A stretch of DNA of 64,000 bases from an uncultured Rickettsiales bacterium (GCA_964383745.1 CAYLHV010000006.1:3196-67195), one strand, 5' to 3'. Positions 1 to 9,328 are shown, numbered from the stretch's first letter. Notes: generated by a model not told the origin, from the sequence alone. A program made the numbers and translations.

Positions 1-94
1 GAAATATTTTTTACTGAATAGTAGACTATAATTTTGCAAGGTCATTTTATTTAAATTCTCCAATTTATACCATCTGTATTTGCTGTAAAATTTG

Positions 95-170
95 TGACCA
101 TCCAGAGTTGTTTTTCCTATGGAATATAACATAACTTATGGATTGCTACGCCTTCGGCTCGCGGGCGACG
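95..170 (-). repeat. RPE-like dispersed repeat, copy A (half element, reverse orientation)
   Basis: The reverse complement of about 98-169 aligns by eye with 46239-46311 and 49221-49291. Shared core: GTCRCCCGCGAGCC..GGCG..GCAA.CCAGAGT..ATTCCAYAGGAAAAACAACTCTGGAT. Confidence 0.6.
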
Positions 171-222
171 GAGATTACACCAACCATTAAGACAATGCTT
201 TGCGGTGAAGAGAGAAAAAAGA

Positions 223-299
<77 letters not shown>

Positions 300-372
300 A
301 TGTGAAAAATCATAATCACATAATTATATATACACAGAAAAAAAATGCTTTGCAACTGTTTTTTCTCAATAA

Positions 373-3000
373 TCATAGATTTTTTTGAAATTCCTCAATT
401 GCCGCTTTAATTTGCCCCAAATTTGACTTACCCAAAGCAACTCCACTTTGCGCAATTTGCTTATTCCCGCCCCCAGACTCTTCTCCAAGCATGCCACTGA
501 AAATTCTTACCAACTTCCCAGCATCATGAGCGAGATCATCGGAAACTGCAATTAAGAAAGAGGTTTTTTCCTGAGAAGGCGCCATCAAAAGGAAAATTCC
601 TGAGAATTTTTGCCTCAAAACGGAAGCAATTTCACGTAAGAATTTAGGGTCAATTTCCAAGAAAGACACCGAAAAATTTGCACCATTTGCAAGTTTCTTG
701 AATTCTTCCTCTTTAATGCTTGCAAGCGCATTTGCAACTTTCAGAGCGCTTAATTCTTTTTCCAAATTTTTTCTCGAATCAGAAATTTCAGAAATTTTTT
801 GCACCATTTCATTTTGTGGAATTTTCAACATTGCAGAAATTTCTTGCAAAATGTCATTTTTCTCAAACAAAATTCGCAAAGCTTCCTGACCAGTCACAGC
901 CTCAATTCGGCGAATTCCAGAAGAAATTGCTGATTCAGAGAGAATTTTGAATGCACCAATGTCGCCAGCACGCTCAACGTGAGTCCCACCGCAAAGTTCA
1001 TGAGAATCACCAATTGCAACAACTCTCACCTCATCATCATATTTTTCGCCAAAAAGCGCCATGGCCCCCGCTTCAATTGCTTTTTTCATATCCATCAATT
1101 TAGTGGAGCTGACCAAATTTTGCAAAATCACATGATTAACTTTCCACTCAATTTCACGAATCTCAGCTGCAGTCAGCGCTTTCGGATGACTAAAGTCAAA
1201 TCTCAACTTGTCCGAAGCCACAAGTGAACCTTTTTGCGTGACATGCCCGCCCAGACTATCTTGCAAAATTTTGTGCAAAATGTGGGTGGCTGAGTGATTT
1301 GCCCTGACTTTTTTTCTGAAATTTTCATCAATCTCCAGCAAAATTTCATCCCCAATTTTCAGAGAACCTTCAGTTAAAATAACTTTGCTTGCATGCAATT
1401 TACCAAGGAATTTTTTCGTGTCAATCACCTTGCCAACGCCATTTGCAGCTTTTAAACTTCCAACATCCCCAACTTGTCCACCAGACTCAGCATAGAAAGG
1501 AGTTTGGTTGAAAAGCAAAAAACATTCCTGATTTGCTTTCATTTCTTGCCGCAAAACAGCTTCTTTGCCGCTCACATCAACAATTTCCAGAATTTTCCCT
1601 GTTGTTGAATTTTGTCCATATCCCTGAAATTCGCTGCTGCCATGTTTTGCATGAAGCTCAAACCAAATTGCATCAAAAGACGCCTCTCCAGAGCCACTCC
1701 AAGCAGCTCTTGCTCTTTTTTTCTGCTCTTCCATTTCGCTTTGGAACTCAGCTTCATTCACAGAAATTTGCTTATCTTTCAAAATGTCCAAAGTTAAATC
1801 AAGAGGAAAGCCATATGTGTCGTAAAGCTTAAAAGCAACTTTACCAGACATTTGTGAATTTTTCCCTAAATGGGAAATTTCATCTTCAAGCAGCCCCATG
1901 CCACGGCCGAGAGTTTGGTAGAACTTACTTTCCTCCCCGAACATCACAGAAGAAATGAATTCCTCAGCTCTTTTTAATTCGCCATAGGCCTCGCCCATGA
2001 GATTTGTCAGAACTGGCAACATTTTATGCAAAATTGGATTCGCTCCTCCAAGTTGATAAATATGGCGCATGGCCCTGCGCATGATTCTACGCAAAACATA
2101 GCCCCTGCCTTCATTTGACGGCATGACTCCATCAGCAATCAGAAAACTCGCCGAACGCAAATGATCAGCAATGACTCGATGCGAAAAGATTTTATCCCCA
2201 TCTGCACCAGATTTTGTGAATTCGCAGGAAGCTTCAATCAATGTTTTAAAATAATCAGTTTCATAGTTACTACAAACATTTTGCATGACCGCCGCAAGTC
2301 GCTCAAGACCAGCGCCAGTGTCAATGCTGGGTTTTGGAAGATTAATTTGTGTGCCATTTTGTAATTTCTCATATTGCATGAAAACCAAATTCCAAATTTC
2401 TACAAACCTGTCTCCATTTTCATGCTCAGTGCCTGGCAAACCGCCAAAAATCTTGTCCCCATGGTCATAAAAAATCTCTGAACATGGCCCGCATGGCCCG
2501 AAATCACCCATTGACCAAAAATTATCATCTGTTTTAATTTTAATGATTCTGTCACCAGAAATTCCTGCAACTTTTTTCCAAATTTGTTCAGCTTCCTGAT
2601 CACTATGATAAATTGTGACATATAGCCTATTTTTATCAATCCCCAACTCTTTTGTGAGGAAATTCCAAGCAAATTCAATTGCCCCGTCTTTAAAATAGTC
2701 CCCAAATGAAAAATTCCCCAACATCTCAAAAAAAGTGTGATGACGCGCAGTGTAACCAACATTTTCCAAATCATTATGTTTACCGCCCGCACGCACGCAT
2801 TTCTGAGCCGTCGCAGCTTTGACATATGGCCGCATTTCAAGCCCAGTGAAGACATTTTTAAATTGCACCATTCCCGAATTTGTGAACATCAAGCTTGGGT
2901 CATTATGAGGAATCAGAGGGCTTGATGGCACAATTTCATGACCATTATCTTTAAAAAAACTCAAAAAAGAGCTACGAATTTGATTAGAGCTTTTAAACAA
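373..3000 (-). CDS. alaS: alanine--tRNA ligase
   Basis: 875-aa ORF. The N-terminus FLSFFKDNGHEIVPSSPLIPHNDPSLMFTNSGMVQFK is the class II AlaRS signature. The editing-domain HSATH..CGGTH motifs are present. Confidence 0.97.
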   Translation of the reverse strand: MFKSSNQIRSSFLSFFKDNGHEIVPSSPLIPHNDPSLMFTNSGMVQFKNVFTGLEMRPYVKAATAQKCVRAGGKHNDLENVGYTARHHTFFEMLGNFSFGDYFKDGAIEFAWNFLTKELGIDKNRLYVTIYHSDQEAEQIWKKVAGISGDRIIKIKTDDNFWSMGDFGPCGPCSEIFYDHGDKIFGGLPGTEHENGDRFVEIWNLVFMQYEKLQNGTQINLPKPSIDTGAGLERLAAVMQNVCSNYETDYFKTLIEASCEFTKSGADGDKIFSHRVIADHLRSASFLIADGVMPSNEGRGYVLRRIMRRAMRHIYQLGGANPILHKMLPVLTNLMGEAYGELKRAEEFISSVMFGEESKFYQTLGRGMGLLEDEISHLGKNSQMSGKVAFKLYDTYGFPLDLTLDILKDKQISVNEAEFQSEMEEQKKRARAAWSGSGEASFDAIWFELHAKHGSSEFQGYGQNSTTGKILEIVDVSGKEAVLRQEMKANQECFLLFNQTPFYAESGGQVGDVGSLKAANGVGKVIDTKKFLGKLHASKVILTEGSLKIGDEILLEIDENFRKKVRANHSATHILHKILQDSLGGHVTQKGSLVASDKLRFDFSHPKALTAAEIREIEWKVNHVILQNLVSSTKLMDMKKAIEAGAMALFGEKYDDEVRVVAIGDSHELCGGTHVERAGDIGAFKILSESAISSGIRRIEAVTGQEALRILFEKNDILQEISAMLKIPQNEMVQKISEISDSRKNLEKELSALKVANALASIKEEEFKKLANGANFSVSFLEIDPKFLREIASVLRQKFSGIFLLMAPSQEKTSFLIAVSDDLAHDAGKLVRIFSGMLGEESGGGNKQIAQSGVALGKSNLGQIKAAIEEFQKNL

Positions 3001-3098
3001 TTGAACTTACCATTGAAAATATTGATTAATAATGGAATTCTAGCATGCTTTACAGCGAAGTAAAGCAATTTTTTATTTTTTATAATACTAAAAAACCC

Positions 3099-3126
3099 TT
3101 GCATGCAAGAGAAATTTGTTTATAAT
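3099..3126 (+). promoter_or_regulatory. sigma70-like promoter candidate (TTGCAT-16 nt-TATAAT) upstream of the ankyrin gene
   Basis: TTGCAT at 3099-3104 and a perfect TATAAT at 3121-3126. The -35 lies inside the 12-bp perfect palindrome CTTGCATGCAAG (3098-3109). Confidence 0.4.
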
Positions 3127-3270
3127 GCAGAAATATTTGCACATTTCACAACAACCTCCACTCAAGAAAAAATTATATTAAATCCTAAAAAAAACTCTTG
3201 CTATGCTAGAATCTAAATGATAACATGCTCTTAAAAGTAGCGTTAAATCATTTTACGGAGCCATTATAAC

Positions 3271-3768
3271 ATGAGCAAAACACCATTAAACAGAGCTTTT
3301 TTTTATGCAATTCAAGAGCAAGACATTGAAATTGTACGAATTTTGATCAAAGAGGGCGTTGATGCTAATTCCAAATTTAAAAATGAACAAGAAATTGAGC
3401 ATCCCGCATTAAATTTGGCCGTTCATGCTAACAACCCATCAATTGTGAAGCTTTTAGTGGAAAATGGAGCTGATGTAAATGCTCAAAGCAGCTCCAAAAT
3501 CACCCCACTTTTAGCTGCAGTTGCAAAAAATAATTTTGAAATAACCAAATTTCTGCTAAAAGCAGGCGCTGACACCGAGCACCAGACAGAACATGGCGAC
3601 ACAGCTTTAGTCCTTGCAGTGCAAAAACAACTGCCAGAAATTGTGGCACTATTAATCGAACATGGCGCAAACGTCCAAATTCTAACAAATAAAATTTTCA
3701 ATTTCGGAACAAAAGATAAATCACTAATGAAGGAGATTAAAGAAATCATAGACAAATCTAACAATTAA
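3271..3768 (+). CDS. ankyrin repeat protein (about 4 repeats)
   Basis: 165 aa with repeated ANK consensus: PALNLAVHANNPSIVKLLVENGADVNA, TPLLAAVAKNNFEITKFLLKAGAD, GDTALVLAVQKQLPEIVALLIEHGANV. Confidence 0.85.
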   Translation: MSKTPLNRAFFYAIQEQDIEIVRILIKEGVDANSKFKNEQEIEHPALNLAVHANNPSIVKLLVENGADVNAQSSSKITPLLAAVAKNNFEITKFLLKAGADTEHQTEHGDTALVLAVQKQLPEIVALLIEHGANVQILTNKIFNFGTKDKSLMKEIKEIIDKSNN

Positions 3769-4925
3769 ACATAGCGAGAAGCATTTTGATATTTCACCAC
3801 TCTAAATGATTTAACCTGTTGCTCCTGATCTCCAGAATATATCAAAAACCCATCTTTAGCTTTTGTAGTAAGTTTTTTAAAATATTCTAAATTTTCTAAA
3901 AACGATGGCTGAAATGTTTTGGAGGACTTGATTTCTATTGGAATTAATGAATTCCCTGATTTAACAATTAAATCAACCTCATGACCATTATGATCTCTAA
4001 AATAATATAAAGGAGGCTCAATGCCTTTATTAATAAAAGTTTTATATATATCTAAAATGACCATATTTTCCACCAAAGAGCCTCTTAATGGGTCTCTTTG
4101 AATTTGCGAAACATCATTTATATCTAGCAAATAGGAAGCTAAACCGACATCGGTAAAATATAATTTCGGAGATTTCACAACCCTCTTCCCAAAATTTTCA
4201 TAATATGGCGCAAGTCTAAACACAATGAAAGAAGCCTCAAGCACAGAGAGCCAATTTTGTATGGTATGATGCGACACGCCAATTTCATTGCTAATGGCAG
4301 AACTGGAAAATATCTGCCCTATTCTTCCTGCGCATATTTTCAGAAATTTTTGAAACAAAGTTAAATCTTTTAAATTAATAATTTGCCTAACATCTCTTTC
4401 CAAATAGGTGCCAACATAGTCTCTGTAAAGCTTCGTGGGGTTTAAACCATCTTTAAATATTCGAGGATATGACCCATAAAATAAATGCTCATCCAATGTC
4501 ATATTTGGTTTTGCTGTTTCCAGTTCAGAAATTGTCAAAGGAAGCAATTTTAATATAGCAGTTCTTCCAGCCAGAGATTGATTGATGTTTTCGGACAAAC
4601 TTAATTGATGGCTGCCCGTTAAAATATATTTACCTTTCACATCTTCGGAATCCACAATGGTTTGTATATATGACAAGATTGACGGCTCTCTTTGAATTTC
4701 ATCCAAAACACATCCCTGACTAAACCGATTAAGAAACCCTCTAGGATCTTCTTTGGCAAAATTCCTCTCATCAATATTTTCTAAATTAACATAAGGTTTC
4801 TGGGGAAAAATTTTTTTAACCAACGTTGTTTTTCCAGATTGTCTTGGGCCAATCAAACTAACCACAGGATAGCAGGAAGACATGCTTTTGAATTCTTCTT
4901 CGATTTCTCTTTTAATATATGACAT
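3765..4925 (-). CDS. AAA-family ATPase (AAA_14 / DUF4143-type ATP-binding protein)
   Basis: Walker A GPRQSGKTTL and Walker B-like VLDEIQ, with a C-terminal region typical of DUF4143 proteins. The ORF track starts at 5021. ATG 4925 (MSYIKREIEE...) gives the usual N-terminus for this family. Confidence 0.8.
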   Translation of the reverse strand: MSYIKREIEEEFKSMSSCYPVVSLIGPRQSGKTTLVKKIFPQKPYVNLENIDERNFAKEDPRGFLNRFSQGCVLDEIQREPSILSYIQTIVDSEDVKGKYILTGSHQLSLSENINQSLAGRTAILKLLPLTISELETAKPNMTLDEHLFYGSYPRIFKDGLNPTKLYRDYVGTYLERDVRQIINLKDLTLFQKFLKICAGRIGQIFSSSAISNEIGVSHHTIQNWLSVLEASFIVFRLAPYYENFGKRVVKSPKLYFTDVGLASYLLDINDVSQIQRDPLRGSLVENMVILDIYKTFINKGIEPPLYYFRDHNGHEVDLIVKSGNSLIPIEIKSSKTFQPSFLENLEYFKKLTTKAKDGFLIYSGDQEQQVKSFRVVKYQNASRYV

Positions 4926-5049
4926 TTGTTTTTTTCCTTCATTAGACATAGCCATATATAAGTAATAACATATTTTCAGACAAATTGGAACTACAAACTC
5001 CAATTTGTCTAAAAATATCAAAATTCTCCGCCGCTATGGAAAGAAAGTT

Positions 5050-5700
5050 CTACTTCAATGCCTCACTAATTCTACTCGCCACTTGTTCCGCTTGATCTTC
5101 CAGTGAAAAATGCATTAAATAGTGACCATTTTCATCGGTTAGATAGATCAAACTTGTGTGATTAATCAAATAGTTATCTTCATCAGCTGAAGAGTCATCA
5201 ACTTTTGCATGATAAATCCTATAGGCCTTAGTGACATTCGCAATTTGCTCTTCGCTGCCAGTCAAGCCAACAATTGACTCATGAAAATTACCAGAGAGAT
5301 ATTTCTGCAATTTTTGCGGTGTGTCTCTTTTCGGGTCAACGGAAACAAAAATTGGCTGAATTTTGATGGCATCTTTTGGCGGCAAAATCTCCATGACGCG
5401 GCTCATGACCTGCAAACTTGTTGGGCAAATGTCTGGGCAATTTGTAAATCCGAAATAAATCATCAGAAATTTACCGTCATAATCCTTCAAAGAAACCTCT
5501 TTTCCGGTCATATCAACCAGGTTAAAATCTCCTCCAATTGATGTGTTAGCCTCTTTTTCAAAAGACGGGTTACTGAGCTCTCCAGGCTTGGCTTTGTTTT
5601 TCGGAGTGAGTCCAACAATACTGTAAATGCCAACAAGACCAATGATGACTGACAAAATGATGATCATTAACCATGATTTATCTGATTCTTTAAAAGACAT
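5050..5700 (-). CDS. SCO1/SenC family copper chaperone (cytochrome oxidase assembly)
   Basis: N-terminal TM segment. Thioredoxin-like motif FGFTNCPDICP and a conserved downstream His (LINHTS). Confidence 0.85.
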   Translation of the reverse strand: MSFKESDKSWLMIIILSVIIGLVGIYSIVGLTPKNKAKPGELSNPSFEKEANTSIGGDFNLVDMTGKEVSLKDYDGKFLMIYFGFTNCPDICPTSLQVMSRVMEILPPKDAIKIQPIFVSVDPKRDTPQKLQKYLSGNFHESIVGLTGSEEQIANVTKAYRIYHAKVDDSSADEDNYLINHTSLIYLTDENGHYLMHFSLEDQAEQVASRISEALK

Positions 5701-5702
5701 TT

Positions 5703-6704
5703 CTAACCTCTTGAAAAATTGTTATTTTTTAAAATAAAAGGAGTGGCATAGGAAAAAATGGCCGAGGCCCCTGCCCTTTTAATTGCAATCAAACTTTCAT
5801 GAAGCACATTCTCAAAATTTGGCATTGACGAAAGCATTGCAAATTCGCCACTGACTTGATAGGCGAAAATTGGTAAATTTTGAGAAATTGATGCTTGATA
5901 AATAATGTCCAAATAGGCCCCTGCTGGCTTAACCATGAGAATGTCAGCGCCTTCATTTGCATCAAGCTGAATTTCTTTCATTGCTTCTTTAGCATTTCTA
6001 AAATCCATCTGATAGGTTTTTTTGCAAGAATTTTTTAAGAATTTTGCAGAACCAACTGCGTCTCTGAAAGGTGAGTAAAAAGCTGAGGCAAATTTTGCAG
6101 CATAAGACATTAATATCACATTTTGATGAGCTGCTTTTTCCAAACAAGTGCGAATTTCAAGAATTCTGCCATCCATCATGTCAGATGGGGCCAAAATGTC
6201 TGCACCTGCAGAGGCTTGACACAAAGCCTGATTGACCAAAATTTCAATTGTTTCATCATTCAAAATCTCACCATTTGGCCCCAAAAGGCCATCATGGCCC
6301 GAAGAAGTGAAAGGGTCCAAAGCCACATCAGCAATCACTCCCAAATGCGGAAAATGCCTCTTAACCTCAGAAATGGCCCTGCAACAAAGATTTTCCGGGT
6401 TAATCGCCTCACTTGCTTTGTCATTTTTAAGTTCATTCGGAATGACGGGAAAAATCGCAAGAGCTTTCAGCCCTAAATCAACCAAGATTTTGCATTCTTC
6501 GAGCAACACATCAATGCTCATTCTGAACACATTTTTCATTGATGGAATTTCCTGTTTAACTTGCTTTCCATCAACCACAAAAACCGGCCAAATCAAGTCT
6601 GATGCTGAAATTTTAGTTTCCGCCACTAACTCTCTGATCCATTCCGATTGTCTCAGCCTTCTTGCACGCAAAAGCGGAAAATGCGCCAGGTTAAACTTAC
6701 TCAT
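5703..6704 (-). CDS. hemB: porphobilinogen synthase (delta-aminolevulinate dehydratase)
   Basis: 333 aa with RARRLRQSEWIRELV, DVALDPFTSSGHDG (Asp-rich metal site) and MVKPA (Schiff-base Lys region). Confidence 0.95.
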   Translation of the reverse strand: MSKFNLAHFPLLRARRLRQSEWIRELVAETKISASDLIWPVFVVDGKQVKQEIPSMKNVFRMSIDVLLEECKILVDLGLKALAIFPVIPNELKNDKASEAINPENLCCRAISEVKRHFPHLGVIADVALDPFTSSGHDGLLGPNGEILNDETIEILVNQALCQASAGADILAPSDMMDGRILEIRTCLEKAAHQNVILMSYAAKFASAFYSPFRDAVGSAKFLKNSCKKTYQMDFRNAKEAMKEIQLDANEGADILMVKPAGAYLDIIYQASISQNLPIFAYQVSGEFAMLSSMPNFENVLHESLIAIKRAGASAIFSYATPFILKNNNFSRG

Positions 6705-6706
6705 GA

Positions 6707-6735
6707 TTGATCTGCCTTTTTCAATATGTTAAAAT
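6707..6735 (+). promoter_or_regulatory. sigma70-like promoter candidate (TTGATC-17 nt-TAAAAT) for the LRR gene
   Basis: Hexamers at 6707-6712 and 6730-6735, in the divergent hemB/LRR intergenic region. Confidence 0.35.
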
Positions 6736-6802
6736 ATCTTTAGCCTCTCATTATAGAAAAATTATTTTTGAGAAACAACCTTTTTATTACGGGAATTGAA
6801 TT

Positions 6803-8125
6803 ATGAATGCAGCACAAACAAAAAAATTCAACAATAAAGTAAATATGATCAAAAATAATCAAATTGCCCATGTTTTCATCGACTTTGATAATTACGGCAT
6901 GACAGAAGCTGATGTCATCACGCTTGGAGCCGCAATTGCAGTCAGCACAAGCCTCACAGAGTTTAAATTTGAGTGGAACCACTCAACTCCAGCCGGAATT
7001 GCAGCGCTTGCTAATGGCGTTGCAGCTTGCGCTTCTTTAAAATCTTTTAAAACTTGGGGGCAGAATCTTGATGCAAGCCAATTAGGGGATTTTGTTAATG
7101 CATTGAAAAATAATCATAATATCGATGATTTTGGAGTCTATCACGCACCAATTGGTGATGCTGGCGCAGCCGTAATTGCTGATGCAATTGAAAATGCTGG
7201 TTTAAAAAAGCTAACCCTTTTCAATGCAGGCGTGTCAGATGCCGGTGTACAATCAATTTCGGGCGCTTTAACAAACAACCCAAATTCCTTAGAAAAACTT
7301 GATTTGCCAAATAATCAAATCACAGATGTGGGTGTGACAAGTTTGGCGAGCGCTGTTGCAATTGCTGGAAATTTAGAGCATCTTGGACTTGCTTCCAACC
7401 AACAAATCACAAATCTTAGTGATTTAGGGGTGGCAATTAAAAATAACAACAATATCAAGCAGTTAGACCTGTCTTCTAATCAAATAGATGATTCCAGCAT
7501 GGCAAGTTTTGCAAGCAATCTTGAATCTTCCGCAATTGAAAATTTGTCTCTATCAGGCAACTCAATTTCCGACGCAGGGCTTGAAACTTTGATCATTTCC
7601 GCATCAAAATTGTCAAATTTAGGAAATTTAAACGCAGATATTCCAATGTTCGACCCAAATTCCGATGTTGAAACTGTCAGTCTTGCAGAAAAATTTCACG
7701 AATTAATGAAAAATAGTCAACAAAATCAAGAAGATTCCATAAACTCTGAAAGATATGAATATAAAATCATCGAAGCCAGGAAAGAAGTGAGAAAAATTCT
7801 CGAAGAAGATCAGGAACTCATTGATTTAAAACAAAATGACCCAGCCAAATTTGAAGAAATAAAAAAAGCCTTACAGGAAAAATCAATTGAGGCAAATGGT
7901 AAAACCGCTGAGGAAATCAAAGAGGAAATTGCTGTCTTAAAAGAGGAGGAAGTTAAGAAAGAAGTGAAAGTGGAGGTGGAGGCCAAAGCAGCTAAAGCCG
8001 AAAAAAGCGAGGCGAGACTTGTTGCAGAAGAGCACAAATCAGCCAAAGCTGAGCCAGTTAAACCAGCCGAAGAAAGCGAAGTGAAACTCCTTGCAGAAGA
8101 ACCACCGGTTGCAGATGAGCTTTGA
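6803..8125 (+). CDS. leucine-rich repeat protein (ribonuclease-inhibitor/RNI-like LRR) with an E/K-rich C-terminal region
   Basis: Repeats of about 28 aa: LKKLTLFNAGVSDAGVQSISGAL, LEKLDLPNNQITDVGVTSLASAV, IKQLDLSSNQIDDSSMASFASNL, IENLSLSGNSISDAGLETL. The C-terminal ~130 aa are Glu/Lys-rich and the protein ends in -PPVADEL. Confidence 0.8.
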   Translation: MNAAQTKKFNNKVNMIKNNQIAHVFIDFDNYGMTEADVITLGAAIAVSTSLTEFKFEWNHSTPAGIAALANGVAACASLKSFKTWGQNLDASQLGDFVNALKNNHNIDDFGVYHAPIGDAGAAVIADAIENAGLKKLTLFNAGVSDAGVQSISGALTNNPNSLEKLDLPNNQITDVGVTSLASAVAIAGNLEHLGLASNQQITNLSDLGVAIKNNNNIKQLDLSSNQIDDSSMASFASNLESSAIENLSLSGNSISDAGLETLIISASKLSNLGNLNADIPMFDPNSDVETVSLAEKFHELMKNSQQNQEDSINSERYEYKIIEARKEVRKILEEDQELIDLKQNDPAKFEEIKKALQEKSIEANGKTAEEIKEEIAVLKEEEVKKEVKVEVEAKAAKAEKSEARLVAEEHKSAKAEPVKPAEESEVKLLAEEPPVADEL

Positions 8126-8205
8126 ATTTTGCAAATTGGGCTAGAAGAATATTAATTTATAGCTGACATGTTGTTAATATTGCGTTAGTATTATACTCCA
8201 CAATG

Positions 8206-8371
8206 GAGCCCCCCCAATTTTGTCATTGCGAGCGCCAGCGCGGCAAACCAGAGTTATTTACGTTGGATTTTTTCACATAGTTTTCATCGAAAAAAATCCA
8301 GAGTTTTTTTCCTACGCGGGAAGTAAAAATAACTCTGAACCTTTACAGCAATGACGGAAATTTGGGGGCTC
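8206..8371. repeat. RPE/MITE-like palindromic element, full-length copy B
   Basis: Terminal inverted repeats GAGCCCCCCCAATTTTGTCATTGC ... GCAATGACGGAAATTTGGGGGCTC. Nested internal stems CAGAGTTATTT/AAATAACTCTG and GGATTTTTTC/GAAAAAAATCC. The left arm GTCATTGCGAGCGCCAGCGCGGCAAACCAGAG is identical to the start of copy E (49221). Confidence 0.7.
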
Positions 8372-8572
8372 TGCAATGAGAAAAATGGACGCGCGCACTT
8401 AAAAAACGCGCAAATCTTCATCTTCCTCCCTTTCCTAGAGATAAAGCTGCATTTTAAATTTTATCCAGGAAATTTCTATCAGTCATCAATCTCTTTTTTA
8501 CAGCTCTATTAAAAATCTAATGTCCCGTCTATATATAAGAAATCCAATAGTAAAAAAAATTTATATCAACTC

Positions 8573-8601
8573 TTGATTTTTATATCGAGATATATTACAT
8601 T
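8573..8601 (+). promoter_or_regulatory. sigma70-like promoter candidate (TTGATT-17 nt-TACATT)
   Basis: Hexamers at 8573-8578 and 8596-8601, about 45 nt upstream of the ankyrin ORF at 8646. Confidence 0.35.
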
Positions 8602-8645
8602 ATACATGTATATTATTAACCTTAACAAATTTTAGAGGCAAACCA

Positions 8646-9140
8646 ATGATAAATCAAGAATTATACTATGCAGCTTTTAATGGTAATGTGGCATCGGTAA
8701 AAGAATTAATAGCAAAAGGGGTTGATGTTAATGCCAGCGACGAGCGTGGATATACAGCATTACATCTCGCAAGCTCCCAGGGTCATGCAGATGTTGTTTG
8801 GGTATTAAAGGAAAATGGGGCAAAAATTGATGCTCAAACTGAAGATGGAAAAACTGCATTAGACCTTGCAATGGAAGGAAATCATCCGGAAGCGGCATCT
8901 TCACTTACAAATGTTAACATTTCCCAGATTTTACTCAATACAAATGTGAACTATAACATTTTACAACAGCCAATTAAAGAAATTGAACCTATTAAATCGT
9001 TTTTTGTAGAAAATATAAAAGAAGATAACCGTAATTATCTTCTCACAATACTTGCTGAAAAAGAAGAATCATATATGAATGCGGAAGACTCAATTTCTAA
9101 ATTTCTATCCAAATCCTCATCTTCTCATGGAAGATCCTAA
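8646..9140 (+). CDS. ankyrin repeat protein (about 3 repeats)
   Basis: YYAAFNGNVASVKELIAKGVDVNA, GYTALHLASSQGHADVVWVLKENGAKIDA, GKTALDLAMEGNH. Confidence 0.85.
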   Translation: MINQELYYAAFNGNVASVKELIAKGVDVNASDERGYTALHLASSQGHADVVWVLKENGAKIDAQTEDGKTALDLAMEGNHPEAASSLTNVNISQILLNTNVNYNILQQPIKEIEPIKSFFVENIKEDNRNYLLTILAEKEESYMNAEDSISKFLSKSSSSHGRS

Positions 9141-9156
9141 CAAACTCTTAAAAACC

Positions 9157-9192
9157 ATGCGCTTTTCTTTATTTTCGTTAAAAAAAGCGCAT
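9157..9192. terminator. 10-bp perfect inverted repeat (ATGCGCTTTT / AAAAGCGCAT), possible terminator
   Basis: Hairpin 17 nt after the ankyrin stop codon. No clean U-tract follows it on the plus strand, so termination is uncertain. Confidence 0.3.
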
Positions 9193-9230
9193 GTTACATC
9201 ATAAATTTCATAATTTTTTTCATTTCTCTA

Positions 9231-9259
9231 TTGACTTTTAATTTAAGTTTCATTATATT
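9231..9259 (+). promoter_or_regulatory. sigma70-like promoter candidate (TTGACT-17 nt-TATATT)
   Basis: Hexamers at 9231-9236 and 9254-9259, upstream of the ORF at 9329. Confidence 0.4.
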
Positions 9260-9328
9260 ATGCTATAAGACTATAGCTTAATAAAACACAAAAAGGTAAA
9301 TAGATGAAAAAAAAACCAGAGAAGACAT

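Noticed and set aside
2400-2855. 151-aa same-strand alternative-frame ORF inside alaS
   Set aside because: It is embedded out of frame in the conserved AlaRS catalytic core. It is a frame-shadow ORF.
3198-3226. Second promoter-like pair (TTGCTA-17 nt-TAACAT) upstream of the ANK gene
   Set aside because: The -10 is weaker than in the 3099-3126 candidate. The nearby better-looking TAGAAT at 3207-3212 is only 3 nt from the -35, so the spacing is invalid. It is not distinguishable from AT-rich background.
6123-6732. 117-aa and 166-aa plus-strand ORFs overlapping hemB
   Set aside because: They are antisense to a full-length, motif-complete hemB. Neither has a recognisable motif or an independent start context.
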